DNA of 62,820 nucleotides, counting the filler, from Chiloscyllium plagiosum (Eukaryota), in NCBI RefSeq assembly GCF_004010195.1. It is 3 parts of one record of this genome, joined end to end, with 100 filler letters (N's around TTAATTAATTAA, not from the genome) between each part and the next. Parts side by side here need not be neighbours in the genome. Positions count along the whole stretch, not along the records: positions 29,458 to 56,391 come from NC_057710.1; 2 more parts are not named here. One strand, written 5' to 3'. Below the pieces are notes generated by a model. The model saw only the letters and a program-made list of their open reading frames with translations, had not been told where the DNA came from and ran no database searches. Both the position numbers and the translations under genes were made by a program. Each line of letters starts with the position of its first letter. The first letter of the stretch is position 1. This document shows, piece by piece, positions 38,009 through 51,034 of the stretch.

Positions 38009-38459
38009 TGTTCAGAATATTTTTCCCAGAGAATGAAATGTCAAAAATTAGGGACATACATTTAAGGCGACAGGGGGAAAGTTCAGAAGAGATGTGAGGG
38101 GCAGGTTTTTTACACTGAGAGTGGTTGGAGTGTGGACTGCGCTGCCAGGGGAGGTAGTAGAGAAAGATACGATACGGGCATTTAAGAGACATTTAGATAA
38201 ACATATGAGTATGCGTGAAATAGGGGGATATGGATTAAGGGCAGGCAGGAGGGATAAGTTTAATTTGGCATCATGTGCGGCACGACACGGTGGCCTGAAG
38301 GGCCCATTCCTGTGCTGTACTGTTCTATGTTTTTAATGTGTGCACAGGAAACAGCACTGAGAGACTGCTTTCCTGATTATTATCTGGCTGACCCATTTAT
38401 ACATCTCACAGTCTCATTGTTTCATAGGTCAAGCATCATCATGTTATAGGATATTTTCC

Positions 38460-38567
38460 TCAACCACATGTTCACAGATGTTCTTACACACCTCTGGAGC
38501 AGATAGAATTTGACACTGGGCCTCCTGGCCCAGAGGTAGGGACACTATCACTGCATCACAAAAGCCC
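38460..38567 (-). mobile_element. Short tRNA-derived SINE
   Basis: Reverse complement gggcttttgtgatgcagtgatagtgtccctacctctgggccaggaggcccagtgtcaaattc (A/B-box-like). Confidence 0.55.
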
Positions 38568-39269
38568 ACATAGTGCAATGTTACAGGATATGTGCAATTA
38601 TTACAGGTTTCCACATCTCCCAGATGAGTCTCTGATAAAGGTAAACACTCCTATTACAGAGGACCTTCCTCAGTGCTGGGTCCCTTCATTCTATGAATGT
38701 GTATTCATAGAATGTGTAACAATGTGTATTCGACAATAGAGGTGTCCTTTGTGTTTCAGGCAGTTCCCTACTCCACTGATTCAAAGCAATTAGTTGGGTT
38801 TGCCCCGACCCATCCATCGCCTCATTTTTGCTATAGATTACGATGATTCCTAGTATTTGTAAGGATTCCAAATATGATGTCCCTTTGTCTACAGTCGGGT
38901 GATTATCTTACTTTCTATTCTGTTTTCAGTAGCTAATCTGGTTCAAATGTTAAATTATTTGATTGCAATATACATGTTCCAGTTCTTCTCCATGTCAGTC
39001 TCTATGGGCTGTTAATTTGACTATTAATTTCATTACCTAACTGTTCTTACTACAATAACTGCATTCAGTTTTCATTCGCATTGTCTCTATTCATGCAGTG
39101 GGAGATTTTATCCCCTCTTTCTCCATCTCATACAGCTTTTGAAATTTTACATGAATTTTGGGTCTCTGCAAAGTTTTGGAGAATCTTCATCTCCAAAAGC
39201 AACCATCTGAATTTGGGAGGGCTGCTTTATGGGCCTTTCTGTTTCAATTTTTCAAGGACTGAACAGTCA

Positions 39270-40115
39270 TTTACTATCACTAAGTTTGTGAATGACACAA
39301 AAATAAGTGGGAAGGCAAGTGGTGAGGATGTCATAGAGAACGTGCAGAGAGATACAGATGGGTTAAGTGAGTAAGTAAAAGCTTGGCAGATAGAACAGAA
39401 TGTGGAAAAAACATGAATTTTGCAGTTGTCATGATGAATAGAAAAGCTAAATTTTAGTAAAATGTAGAAAAACTGCAGAAAGCTACGTCACAGAGGAATT
39501 TGGGACTCGTCATCCATAAATCACTAAAAGCTACCATATATATTCAGCAGCTAATTGAGAAGGCAATTGGAACATTGGCCTTTGTTTCAAAGGCAATGCA
39601 ACGGGTGGCATGGTGGCTCAGTGGCTAGCACTGCTGCCTCATTATACCAGGGTCCCAGGTTCAATTCCACCCTCAGGTGACTGTCTGTGTGGGTTTCCTC
39701 CCATGGTCCAAAGATGTGCAGGCCAGGTGAATTGGTCATGCTAAGTTGCCCATAGTGCTAGGTGCATTAGTCAGAGGGGAAATTAGTCTGGGAGGGTCGG
39801 TGTGGACTGGTTGGGCCGAAGGGCCTGTCCCCATACTGTAGGGAATCTAATCAATGCAAAAATAGGGAAGTTTTGATAAAATGATGCATGGCACTGGTTA
39901 AACTGTACCTGAACGTTTTTTGTCCCCTTACCTGATGAACGTTATACTTGTATTGGATGCAGTCTGAGAAGATTTACTTCGTTAATCTCAGGTATGGAAG
40001 GACTGGCTGATGAGGAGAAGTTAAGCAGGTTGTGCTCAATGGAATTAAGCAGATTGACAGGTGACCTTATTGAAGCATACAAGCTTGACAGGATCGATGT
40101 GGAAAAGTTATTCCC
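39270..40115 (+). mobile_element. Degenerate CR1 ORF2 interrupted by HE1
   Basis: TKFVNDTKISG; GDLIEAYK. Confidence 0.75.
39603..39852 (+). mobile_element. HE1-type V-SINE (internal deletions)
   Basis: gggtggcatggtggctcagtggctagcactgctgcctc...gggaatctaatc. Confidence 0.88.
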
Positions 40116-41309
40116 CTACTCAGAGTCTCGAGGTCATGGATGTGAGTATCCCTGGCTGAGCATTTATTACCCATCTGTAATTGTCCTTGAGAAGGTGGTG
40201 GTTATCCACCTTCTTGAACTATTATTGTCCATTTTCTTGAGTAGACCCATAATGACTCCTTGTAGAAACAATGATATATTTCCAAGTTTTTGTGATGAGT
40301 GGCTTGTGGGGATCTTACTGATTGTGGTAATCCAATTTGCCTTGCTGTTCTTGTCCTTTTAGATGGTAGCGGTCATTGGAAGGTTTCGTCTCAGCAGCTT
40401 TGGTAAAGTTCTGCAGTGCACCTTCCAGATTGTAATGCTTTGATTCTCTCTTGTTAGAGATCATCATTGCCTGGTACTTTTGTGTCTTCAATATTACCTG
40501 CCACTTCTCAGTTCATTGACTTCAATTCTGTGTAAAAGAGATGCAGCTTGACTTTGTATGTTGCCAGCTCAGCTCAGATCATTTATTTATAAATCGGGGC
40601 AGACAGCACAAAACTTAGAAGTTATAAAACATTGGTGATACCACACTGAATAACTTTGGCCAATACTAGACATTAAATTCCAAGAGGGATGTGAAGGCCT
40701 TAGAGAGGAAGTTTACTAGAGTGGTTTCAGGGATGAATAACTTTGAGTACATTTGGATTGCTCTTTCCGAGAGCTGGCACATGCACAGTGGGCAAATTGC
40801 CTTCTGTAATTCTGTGATAAGAGGAAAATATTGGAGAGGAAAAATGGCTTTAAATTAAAATGTTTCATTAAATTGGCATCTCAAAACTCATAGACATCTT
40901 GCATGATGGTACTATAAATTACCTTGGGAATGATATTTGGTATTGACGCAAGTTCTATGAACTAAATCTTGCCCTTAAGAGCTCCAATTATGCAATGTAT
41001 ACTATTGCCAAATGTCATGTGCTTTTTTGGAACTTTGTCAAAGGAAATTGACTGGTTCCTAGTTACTTATGAACTGGAAAGGTAGGGTTTACTTTATCAA
41101 TTTGAAAAATAATCCTGCCAGAGGAAACCTGAATACACAAAATTAAATTAAAGGAATTAAAGACAATTATCTTTTGCATTTTCATCTCTATATATCTCAC
41201 ATTGTACTGTATTTCAATAATCCTTCACTTGAACGTTTTGTGATTGTCACTTCATCCCCTGAGATTGCTGTCATTGAACAGCATTTAATAAGTACCAGCC
41301 GCATTTCAA

Positions 41310-41745
41310 TGGCAGCCATGCTGACTCAGATAGCTGTGCGTTCAGGTCCTACTCTGGAGGACGGAATACAAAATGTAGGCGGACACTTCATTTCAGTACT
41401 GAGGAAGAACTGCAGTATCAGAAATGGCCAACTTCAAGTAGGATGTTAGACTGAACTCCTTCATGTTAGACTGAACTCCTTCTCAAGTTGACATAAAATT
41501 CCCTGTTCTGAAGAATAATGATGTGCCCTTAGATACCTTGGCACAATGAACTAGAGTAAGTAGCAGATTATCTGGTCACTATGATGCTTGTATTCGTGGG
41601 AAATTTGCCGGCCTAAATATTTCTTCATTACGATCGTGCTTTTCCTAAATACAACAGTGATTGCACTTTAAAAGTGCAAGGAGACTGTAAAGTGCTTTTG
41701 GATATCCTAACACAATTAAATGAAACATAAGAAGTGAAAAGTTTT
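41310..41745 (+). mobile_element. Ancient DeuSINE-like copy
   Basis: cagtactgaggaagaactgcag...gcagattatctggtcact...acaacagtgattgcactt...ctgtaaagtgcttttgg; internal 20-bp tandem duplication 41443-41482. Confidence 0.65.
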
Positions 41746-41895
41746 TTGCTCTTTATATGTTAATTAAAAATGCTAAAAGGTTTCCAGTGATGGGGCCATT
41801 TACGTATTCCAACATAGTTCACGTTGGAGACTTGTCCTGCAATCTCACAATAGGTGGCTCTCCATTTGCCATGCCTGTGGTACATTGATGCAGGA

Positions 41896-42003
41896 GGCCC
41901 ACTGGGAAGGTATACAGGAGTGCCCAGCCCGCTTCCCACTGGGAGAGGCGGCCCACTGGGAAGGTATACAGGAGTGCCCAGCCTGCTTCCCACTGGGAGA
42001 GGC
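41896..42003 (+). repeat. 54-bp tandem duplication (2 copies, 1 mismatch)
   Basis: ggcccactgggaaggtatacaggagtgcccagcc(c/t)gcttcccactgggagaggc at 41896 and 41950. Confidence 0.95.
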
Positions 42004-42496
42004 TCGAACTCTGGAGGTTGATGGGAAACACAAATATGTCTCAAAATGGAAGAGACACTGAAAGGTTTCAGAACTTTTGAATGCCCAGAGCTGCTTGGAA
42101 AAATAGTGTGCAACCTTATACACCCATGATTGTAATGTGTTCAGCAGAGTTTAATGTCACTTTGATATGCCATGGTGTATTTTTTTAGGCTGAATCTAAT
42201 AAAACTTTGGTTGTGTAATTTTGGTTTACTTTCAGAGGGGGTTTCTGTCTGCAAGGCCTCGCAGATTTTCTCATGATATTGTCCCAAACCCATTTCCTTA
42301 ACTACATATCCTGCCTCCATGGTGTTCCTCTTGTCTGATGCTCACTGATTCTCCCACCTTGCTATAGCTGGGCGTACGCACCACTGCCTAGGCATCCAAA
42401 TATAAACCAGCTGGGTCATATTTGAAACAACTTGTGTAGTTTGAAAAGCGTATATTCCAGATATGCCCTGAACAGTTGCACAGCTTCTTCCTGAGC

Positions 42497-43150
42497 ATGG
42501 CAAACAAGGGCAAATTTGCACCCCCTTTGTGGATGGGGACCTGAAGGTCGATTTGATGATGTGGGACAGAGGAAGGACGTGCTCTTTCCCCAGGATCAGC
42601 AGTGGAGGTCATGTCACTGGACACCGCTAGACTGATCTGAGGCCGCTGCCTGGGTTAGTGTAGTGTTGAAGGTTTGAAGGAACTCCCAGCAGGATCACAA
42701 GAGGGTCAATGACCTTCTCTCCTCCACCATGGTATGTGTCACCATCCTGTCTTTGTTACATGCACTTGCATGTAACAGCATCTCTGTTACCACACCCCAC
42801 ATCCATCCAAGGCTCAAGGTCTATTGCTCATTACTGCAGACAACAACTTCCCTCACTTCTCAAACACCCAATTCCCTTACACCAATAACCTTGCATGACC
42901 TCTGCATTGCTTACTCACCAACTTGGGACACACCACCTTTCCCTGACATGCACCAGCACAAACAGCTGTATTTTCCAATTTCATCTCACTCCATCCATTC
43001 CTCTCACTCTCATTCCAGCAATAAACTGTCTGCAATAGAGCCAAAAGGGTCAGGACATGTGATGGGATGCCCAACATTAGGCTTCTCACTTACTACAAGG
43101 AGAGAATCTTGACTTTGATTAGCAAAGACTGGGACAGGTCTTGTGGAGAT
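42497..43150 (+). pseudogene. Harbinger/PIF transposon Myb/SANT-like DNA-binding protein relic (2 exons)
   Basis: MANKGKFAP/FVDGDLKV/FDDVGQRKDVLFPQD..AAWVS..RNSQQDHKRVNDLL, GT..AG intron 42732-43018, then CNRAKRVRTCDGMPNIRLLTYYKERIL. Confidence 0.75.
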
Positions 43151-43694
43151 ATAGGAATATCTATGTCTTTACAACCAAATAAGAAACATTGCTCACTGCT
43201 GTGCTACACCCCCATTACCCCCACTATACATTCAATGTTACATGCTTTGAGGAGGCAAACACTTTCTGCACCTCCTACCAGCTCAGATACTGCCACGTCA
43301 GTGGGTGACAATCTTATATAGCTGCTTGCAGAAAGCATTAATGCCGTGAGGATACTCTGACATCTGAATGAGCGAGACCTCGTTGAACTTTTCATCCAAT
43401 TCTACCACAAATCTTGTGTAGCCCGTGTTGCTCAACCCCTTAGAAGTTTTGTCCGGCTTCTCTCTTAACAGAACATGTCTAGTTTTCAAAGAATTTTCTG
43501 TTTTTATTTCAAATATCCAGCATCCACGGTATTTTCTTTTTGTGGTATAGTATAATCTGTCCTGTCAAAGGAGATGGTAAGAAAGCATTATGGCATCACT
43601 ATAGAAATCTATACATCGATCACCTATAGTGAGTATTCTATGGTTGATTTACAAGAAAACAAACACATTTGTAAACAATATGTCCTCATAAACA

Positions 43695-44710
43695 AATGAT
43701 GTTCTGCAAGGCTCAATGTTAGGACTACAACTTTTCACTTTATACATTAATGATCTAGGTGAAGGAGCTGAGGGCATTCTGGCTAAGTTTGTAGATATTT
43801 ATATAAAGATAGGTAAAGGGACAGATGGTATTGAGGAGGCAGGAAGGCCGCAGAAGGTTTTGGACAGATTCAGAGAGTGGGCAAAGAAGTGGCAGATAGA
43901 GTACAATGTGGGAAATTGTAAGATCATGCACTTTGGTAGGAAGAATAGAGGCAAGGACTACTTTCTAAGTGGGGAGAAAATTCAGAAATCTGAAGTGCAA
44001 AGAGACTGGAGAGTTCTTGTCCAGGATTCTCTCAAGGTAAACTTGCAGGTTGAGTCAGTAGGAAGACACATGCAATGATGGTATTTATTTTGAGAGAACT
44101 TGGATATAGAAACAGGGATGTACTTCTGAAGCTCTATAAGGCTCTGTTCAGACCACATTTACAGTATTGTGCACAGTTTTGAGCCTATAAGCTCAGGAAG
44201 GATGTGTTGGCCCTGGAGTGTGTTCAGAGGAGGTTCACAAGAATGGTCCCAGGAAAGAAAAGCTTTTCATATAAGGAACATTTGAGGACTCTGGGTTTAT
44301 ACTTGATGGGGTTAAGAAGGATGAGAGGAATCTAATTGAAGCATACAGAATACTGAATGACCTGGACAGAGTAGATGTTGGGAAAATGTTATATTGGTAG
44401 GAGAGACCAGGACCCAAGGGCATAGTCTTAGAGTAAAGGTAAAACCTTTCAGAATGGAGATAAGGAGACACCTCTTCAGCCCGAGAGTGGTGAATCTGTG
44501 GAATTCATTGCCACAGAAGGTTGTGGAGGCTAGTTCATTGAGTATATTTAAGACTGAGATAGATAAGTTCTTGAGTATCACGGGGATCAAAGGTTATGGG
44601 GAGAAAGTGGGAGAATGAAGTTGAGAAACTTATCAGCCATGATTGAATGGTGGAGCAGACTCAATGGGCTGAATGGCCTAATTTCTGCTCCCATGTCTTG
44701 TGGTCTTATC
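43695..44710 (+). mobile_element. Degenerate CR1 ORF2 and 3' end
   Basis: LGLQLFTLYINDL..WAKKWQIEYNVGNCKIMHFG; TRTQGHSLRV..FSPRVVNLWNSLP. Confidence 0.9.
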
Positions 44711-45007
44711 GTCTAATATGAGCTCAAAGCTTGCAGATATGAGATATCTTTGGCCATGTGCATTTGTTAGACTTTTACACACTTCATTTAAAATATCTTT
44801 GCCATGTCACCTGCTGAATCTGTAAACACTGTATGTCGATAACAAAATATACAGAGCCTTGGTGTACAATTGCACAAATTGTACATTTTCTCAACTACTT
44901 GATCAAAATAGAGACAGAGAAATTTTGGAGAAAGTTGTGAATTAGAAAGTGTGTAAAGTGAATATTAGCTTGAGATGAACAAAAACAAATTTTATAATTA
45001 TATGTAT

Positions 45008-45305
45008 GGGCGGCACGGTGGCACAGTGGTTAGCACTGCTACCTCACAGTACTAGAGACCTGGGTTCAATTCCCGCCTCAGGCAACTGTCTGTGTGGAGT
45101 TTGCATATTCTCCCTGTGTCTGCGTGGGTTTCCTCCCACAGTCCAAAAATAAGCAGGTTAGGTGAATTGGCCATGCTAAATTGCCCGTAGTGTTAGGTGA
45201 AGGGATAAATGTAGCGGAATGGGTCTGGGATGTTGCTCTTTGGAGGGTCGGTGTGGACTTGTTGGACTGAAGGGCCTGTTTCTACACTGTAAGTAATCTA
45301 ATCTA
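45008..45305 (+). mobile_element. HE1-type V-SINE
   Basis: gggcggcacggtggcacagtggttagc...gtaagtaatctaatctaa. Confidence 0.92.
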
Positions 45306-45807
45306 AGATAAAAATATTCATCAATATTGGCAATTTATGACTTACATAAACAAGACTCTACTGTTTAAATCATTCCCTTTTGGGGCTGGACGAATTGATT
45401 GATATTGATTAGGCAGTTTGATTCTAATGCTAAGTATTGTTTGCCAAACAAATCCATTTATTCCTTTGATGAAATTCAGATTCATGTAATTTTTTTTGAG
45501 TAGCAAATGTACAGACAAACAAACAAATATGAATTTTCTAACATTTATATTGTAACTTGCTATTGAAGTTAGAGAGAAAGAATTTGAGACAATATAACTA
45601 ATAGAAAATTAGAAGAGAGAAAAAGCACTGACTGTTCTATAGGGGGTGAGCCTAATACCTGCCATTGAGAGAGTGTTGACACCAATTCTCAAAGAAGCAG
45701 TACGTAAATATTTAGAAAATCATAACACAATGAAGCATATTCAATATGGTTTTTGAAGGGAATAATGTTTGAGAAATTTATTGGAATTCATTGTAGATTT
45801 GGAAAGG

Positions 45808-46180
45808 GGATGGCACGGTGGTATTATCACTGGACTAGTATTCGGGACAAAGATTCGGGACCTAAGTTTCAATTCCACCATGTCAGATGGTGGAATTTAA
45901 ATTCAATAAAAACCTTAAATTAAAAATCTAATGTTGACTATGAAACCATTGTTGATTGCCTTTAAAACTCCATCTGGTTCATTCATGCCCTTTAGGGAAG
46001 TAAATCTGCTGTCCTTATTTGGTCTGGTCGATATGTGACTCCAGCCCCACATCAATGTTCTGCGACTCCTGACAGCCTTTTGAAATGGCCCAGCAAACCC
46101 TCAGTTCAAGGGCAATTGGGAATGGGCAATAAATGCTGACCTTGCCAGTGATGCTCACATTCCATGAATGACTTAAAAAG
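45808..46180 (+). mobile_element. tRNA-derived SINE with LINE-derived 3' tail
   Basis: ggatggcacggtggtattatcactggactag head; gggcaattgggaatgggcaataaatgctg...catgaatgacttaaaaa tail. Confidence 0.7.
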
Positions 46181-46214
46181 ATTCATAGGCAGAGTGGACA
46201 AAGCAAAACAAGTA

Positions 46215-49200
46215 GTCACAGAGTCATAGAGAGATTGAGATGTACAGCACAGAAACAAAATTGTACACAGTATTCCAAAAGTGGCCTAACCAATGTCCTG
46301 TACAGCCACAACATGACCTCCCAACTACACTCAATGCACTGGCCGATAAAGGAAAGCATACTAAACGCCTTCTTTACTATCCTATCTACCTGCAACTCCA
46401 CTTTTAAGGAACTACGAACCTGCACTCCAAGGTCTCTTTGTTCAGCAATACTTCCTATTAAATGTAAAACTCCTGACTTGATTTGCCTTTCCAAATTGCA
46501 GCGCCAAAATGCAGTATCTAAATTAAATTTCATCTGCGATGCCTTGGCCCATTGACCCATCCAGAACATGGAACATAGAACAGTACAGGTCCTTCAGCCC
46601 TCAATGTTGTATCCCTCCTCTAAGATCAAACTAACCTATATACCTTTCATTTTACTATCATCCATGTGCCTATCCAAGAGTCACTTAAATGTCCCGAATG
46701 CATCTGACTCTACCACCACCGCTGGCAGTGCATTCTACATACCCACCAATCTGTGTAAAGAACCTATCTCTGACATCTCCCCCAAAACTTTCCTCCAATT
46801 ACCTTAAAATCATACTCCCCTGGTGATAGCCGTTTCTGCCCTGGGAAATAGTCTCTGGCTACCCACTCTATCTCTGCCTTTCAAACCTTCTCACCTCTAA
46901 CAAGTCATTTCTCATCCTTCTTCACGCCAATGAGAAAGGCTTTGGCTCCCTCAATATTTCTTCACAAAACATGCCCTCCGGTCTAGGCAACATACTGGTA
47001 AATCTCCTCTGCACTCTCTCTCAAGCTTCTACATCATTCCTATATTGAGGCATCCAGAGCTAAAGACTATAGTATAACCAGGGTTCCATAGAGCTGCAGC
47101 ATAACCTCGTGTCTCTTAAAGTCAATTCCCCTGTTAATGAAAGCCAACTCACCATACGCCTTCTTAACAACCCTATCAAGTTGGGTGGCAACTTTGAGGG
47201 ATCTGTGGACGTGGACCCCAAGATTTCTCTGTTCCTCCACACTGCCAAGAATCCTGCCTTTAACCCCATATTCTGCATTCAAATTTGACCTTCTAAAATG
47301 AATCACTTCAAACTTTTCCATGTTGATCTCCATCTGCCACTTCTCGGGCTAGCTCTGTATCCTGTCAATGTCCCGCTGCAACCTACAACAGCCCTTCACA
47401 CTATCCACAATTCCACCAACCTTTGTGTCATCGATAATTTTACTAATTCATCCTTCCATTTCCTTATCCAAATCATTTATAAAACTCACAAAGAGCAGAG
47501 GTCCCAGAACAAATCCCTACAGAGCACCACTGGTAACCGAGCTCCATGTATTACCACCCTGTGTCTTCTATGGGCCAGCCAATTCTGTATCCAGACAGCC
47601 AAATTTCCCTCTAATAATATGCCCACCATTAATGTAAGACTGATTGGTCCATAATTTCCAAGATTATCTCTATTCTCTTCCTTGAAAAAAGGAATAACAT
47701 GTGCCATACTCCAATCATCTGGCACTACTCCAGTGGACAGTAAGGATGCAAAGTACATCACCAAAGGCACGACAATCTTTTCCCTCTCTTCTCATGACAA
47801 CCTTTGGTATATCCCATCTGGCCCAGAGGACTTAGCTGTTCTCATGGTTTTGAAAATTTCTGGCACCTTCCCATTCTTAACACCAACCTGTTCGAGCATA
47901 TTGGTCTGTTTCATGCTCTCCTCACAATTGACAAGGTTCCTCTCAGTACTGAAGCAAAGTATTCATTTGGGACCTCCCCTACCTCCTCCAACATCAGGCA
48001 CACATTTCCTCCACTATCCCTGTTCGGCCATACCCTCACTCTGGCCATTCTCTTGTTCCTCACATAAGTGTAGAACGTCTTGGGCTTTTCCTTAATCTTA
48101 CCCACCAAGGCTTTTTCATGCCTCCTTCTAGCTCTCCTAAATCCATTCTTTAATTCATTCCTGGCTACCTTGTAACCCTCTAGAGTCCTGTTTGATCCTT
48201 GCTTCCTCAACCTTAAGTAAGCTTCCTTCTTCCTCTTGATGAGATGTTCCATATCTCTTGTCATCCAAGGTTCTTTCACTCTACCATCCTTTCCTTAACT
48301 CAGTGGGGCAGGCCTATCCAGCACTGGCAAAATGTGTCCCCTAAACTACCTCCACATTTCTGTTGTGCATTTCCTAGAGAATATCAGTTCCCAATTTATG
48401 CTCCATAGTTCCTGCGTAAAAACATTGTAATTTCCCCCTCCCCAAATTAAATACTTTCCCATACTGTCCGTTCCTATCCCTCTCCTTAACTATAGTAAAG
48501 GTCAAGGAGTTATGATCACTATCACCAAAATGCTCTCTCATCGAGAGTTTTGACACTGGACCTGGCTCGTTGCCAAGCACAAAATTCAATATGGCCACCC
48601 CTCTCATTGGCCTATCTACACATTGAGTTAGGAATCTTCCCGGACATATCTGACAAAATCTGCTCCATCAAAACTGTTTGCACTAAGGAGGTTCCTATCA
48701 ATATTAGGGAAGTTGAAGTCACCCATGACAACAACTGTTACTTCTGCACCTTTCCAAAATCTGCCTCCCAATCTGCTCCTCCACGTCTCTGTTGCTACTA
48801 AGGGGTCTATAGAAAACTCCCAATAAAGTGACTGTTCCTCTCCTGTTTCTGACTTCCACCTGTACTGACTCAGTAGACAAACCCTCCTCTACGACCTCTG
48901 ATCAACATCCCACCGTACGCTCAGGTAGCCTTCTTTGTTGTCCACTACACCTCCAATTTTGGTGTCACCTGCAAACTTCGTAACTATACCTCCCATGTTC
49001 TCATCCAAATCATTTATGTAAATGATGAAAAGTAGTGGACCCAGCACCAATCCTTGTGGCACTCCACTGGTCACAGGCCTCTAGTCTGAAAAACAACCTT
49101 CCAACACCACCCTCAGTCTTCTATCTTCAAGCCAGTTCTGTATCCAAATGGCTAGTTTTCCCTGTATTCCATGTGACCTAACTTTGCTACGCAGTCTACC

Positions 49201-49510
49201 ATGAGGAACCTTGTCGAACACTTAACTGAAGTTCATGTAGATTATGTCCACCACTCTGCCCTCATTAATCCTCTTCGTACTTCTTCAAAAATCTCAATCA
49301 GGATAGTAAGATCTGATTTCCCAAGCACAAAGCCATGTTGACTGTCCCTACTCAGTCCTTGCCTTTTCAAATACATGTAAATGTTGTCCCTCAGGATTCC
49401 AACAAGTTGCCCATCACTAATGTCAGGCTCACCGGTCTATAATTCCCTGGATTTTCCTTACCACCTTTCTTAAATAGTGGCACCACATTAGCCAGCCTCC
49501 AGTCTTCTCG
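46215..49510 (-). mobile_element. Cluster of nested or adjacent CR1 ORF2 fragments
   Basis: [74 protein letters not shown]. Confidence 0.9.
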
Positions 49511-49938
49511 CATCTAGTCATTTGTACTCATATCTTCAAAAGGCATTCAGTAAGGTACCACCTGAAAGGGTGGTACAGAAGGAAAGATTTTCTGTGTTCT
49601 TTGTGTGCTAATTTGTTCAGATCAAGAAAGGAAAACTAACTAACAGGAAATGGTTAGAAGAGATGGGTCATTTTCAGTTTGACAAACAGTAATTGGTAGA
49701 ATGCCACAATGGCAGCATGGTGGCTCAGTGGTTAGCACTGCTTCCTTGCAGCGCAGGGACCCAGGTTTGATTCCAGCCTTGGGCGACTGTCTGTGTGGAG
49801 TTTGCACATTCTCCCCGCATCTGCGTGGGTTTGCTTCGGTTTTCTCCCAGAGTCTAAAGATGTGCAGGTCAGGTGAATTGGCCATGCAAAATTGTCCATT
49901 GTGATACGTGCATTAGTAGGGAGTAGGGTAATGGGTCT

Positions 49939-50284
49939 TTGCGAGTTTTGAGAAGATTAGTAGCTCAGGTTGAGGTTTTGGATGTAGGTTTGCTCACTGA
50001 GCTGAAAGGTTCATTTCCAGATGTTTGTGGGCTACCATGATGCCAAGGGGTCTGAGTATTCTGGCAGTCATTTCCGAGATGTCTTTGATCTAGGGGAGAG
50101 TGACTAGGGTTTCTAGATGTGTTTTGTCTGCTTGTTTGGGTTCACCACAGGAAATGACATCACCAACCCAAAGAAACCCAAACACATAAATAGAAAACAG
50201 GAATTTTCAGCATTGCTTTGCATGAGGTCCACTGAAGATGTTACCTAGTAAGGTAACGAAACTTCTGGAAATGAACCTATATCC
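49939..50284. mobile_element. Fold-back PLE repeat (family D) with 14-bp TSD
   Basis: TSD agggtaatgggtct at 49925-49938 and 50285-50298; aggttcatttccaga is inverted to tctggaaatgaacct. Confidence 0.8.
50228..50269 (+). ncRNA. Minimal hammerhead ribozyme motif (family D)
   Basis: UCCA-CUGAAGA-U-GUUACC(UAGUAA)GGUAAC-GAA-ACUU-C-UGGA; helices I and II pair perfectly. Confidence 0.7.
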
Positions 50285-51034
50285 AGGGTAATGGGTCTGG
50301 TTGGGTTATTCTTTCAAGGGTCGGTGTGGACTTGTTGGGCCAAAAGGCCTGTAAGGAATCTAATCTAATCTCATATTCAGTGCTGGGGCCTCAACTACCG
50401 AAAATGTATTTTAGCACCTTGGCTGGAGAGACAGAGTGTATTATAAAATATAATGATAGTAATTTAGAATTCCTACAGTAAAGCAGTTTGTGTAGTAGAC
50501 TCAAAGAGTCTGCAAGTGGATAATAATAGGTTAAGTAAGTGGGAAAAATAGAGCAGAATATGGAAAAATGTGAGTTTGTTCACTTTGTCAGGAAGAATGC
50601 AGAAGAATATTATTTAAATGGAGAGAGACAGCAAGGTACTGCAATACCGAAGGATCTGGGTGTCCTTATAAATGAATCACAAAATGTTAGAATACAATGA
50701 CAGCAAACAATTAGGAAGGCAAATATAATGCTGACTTTGAAAGAATCGAAGGTACATGAATCATAGTATCATTACAGCACAGAGTGAGATAATCTGATCA
50801 ACCGTATACATGACGGCTGTCAAAGGTGCATTCTGCCTCTCCTCACCCTCACCCAAATTTCTGTACATTCTTCCTTTTCAGATATTTGGAATATTTAGAA
50901 AATATGGAAAGATTTACAGCACAGAAAAGGACCACCCTCCACACTGTGCTAGCCAGTCAAGGAGCCACCCAGCTGGCAGGTTAAGAGTACACTCATATCC
51001 AGTAAGGGGAGAGTACCATCGCAGTAATGTGGTT

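Larger units (their letters stand above)
35650..38335 (+). mobile_element. Long degenerate CR1 ORF2 plus 3' end, interrupted by PLE and HE1 insertions
   Basis: IEENPKAFYK..LNEYFASVFT; NYRRMSLTS; FADDTK; MLQLYKTLVR; RGRFFTLRVV. Confidence 0.9.
49710..50370 (+). mobile_element. HE1-type V-SINE interrupted by a PLE insertion
   Basis: Head 49710-49938, tail 50285-50370. Confidence 0.88.

Noticed and set aside
41896..42003. CRISPR-like array
   Set aside because: Only two contiguous units, no spacers, eukaryotic context and no cas genes.
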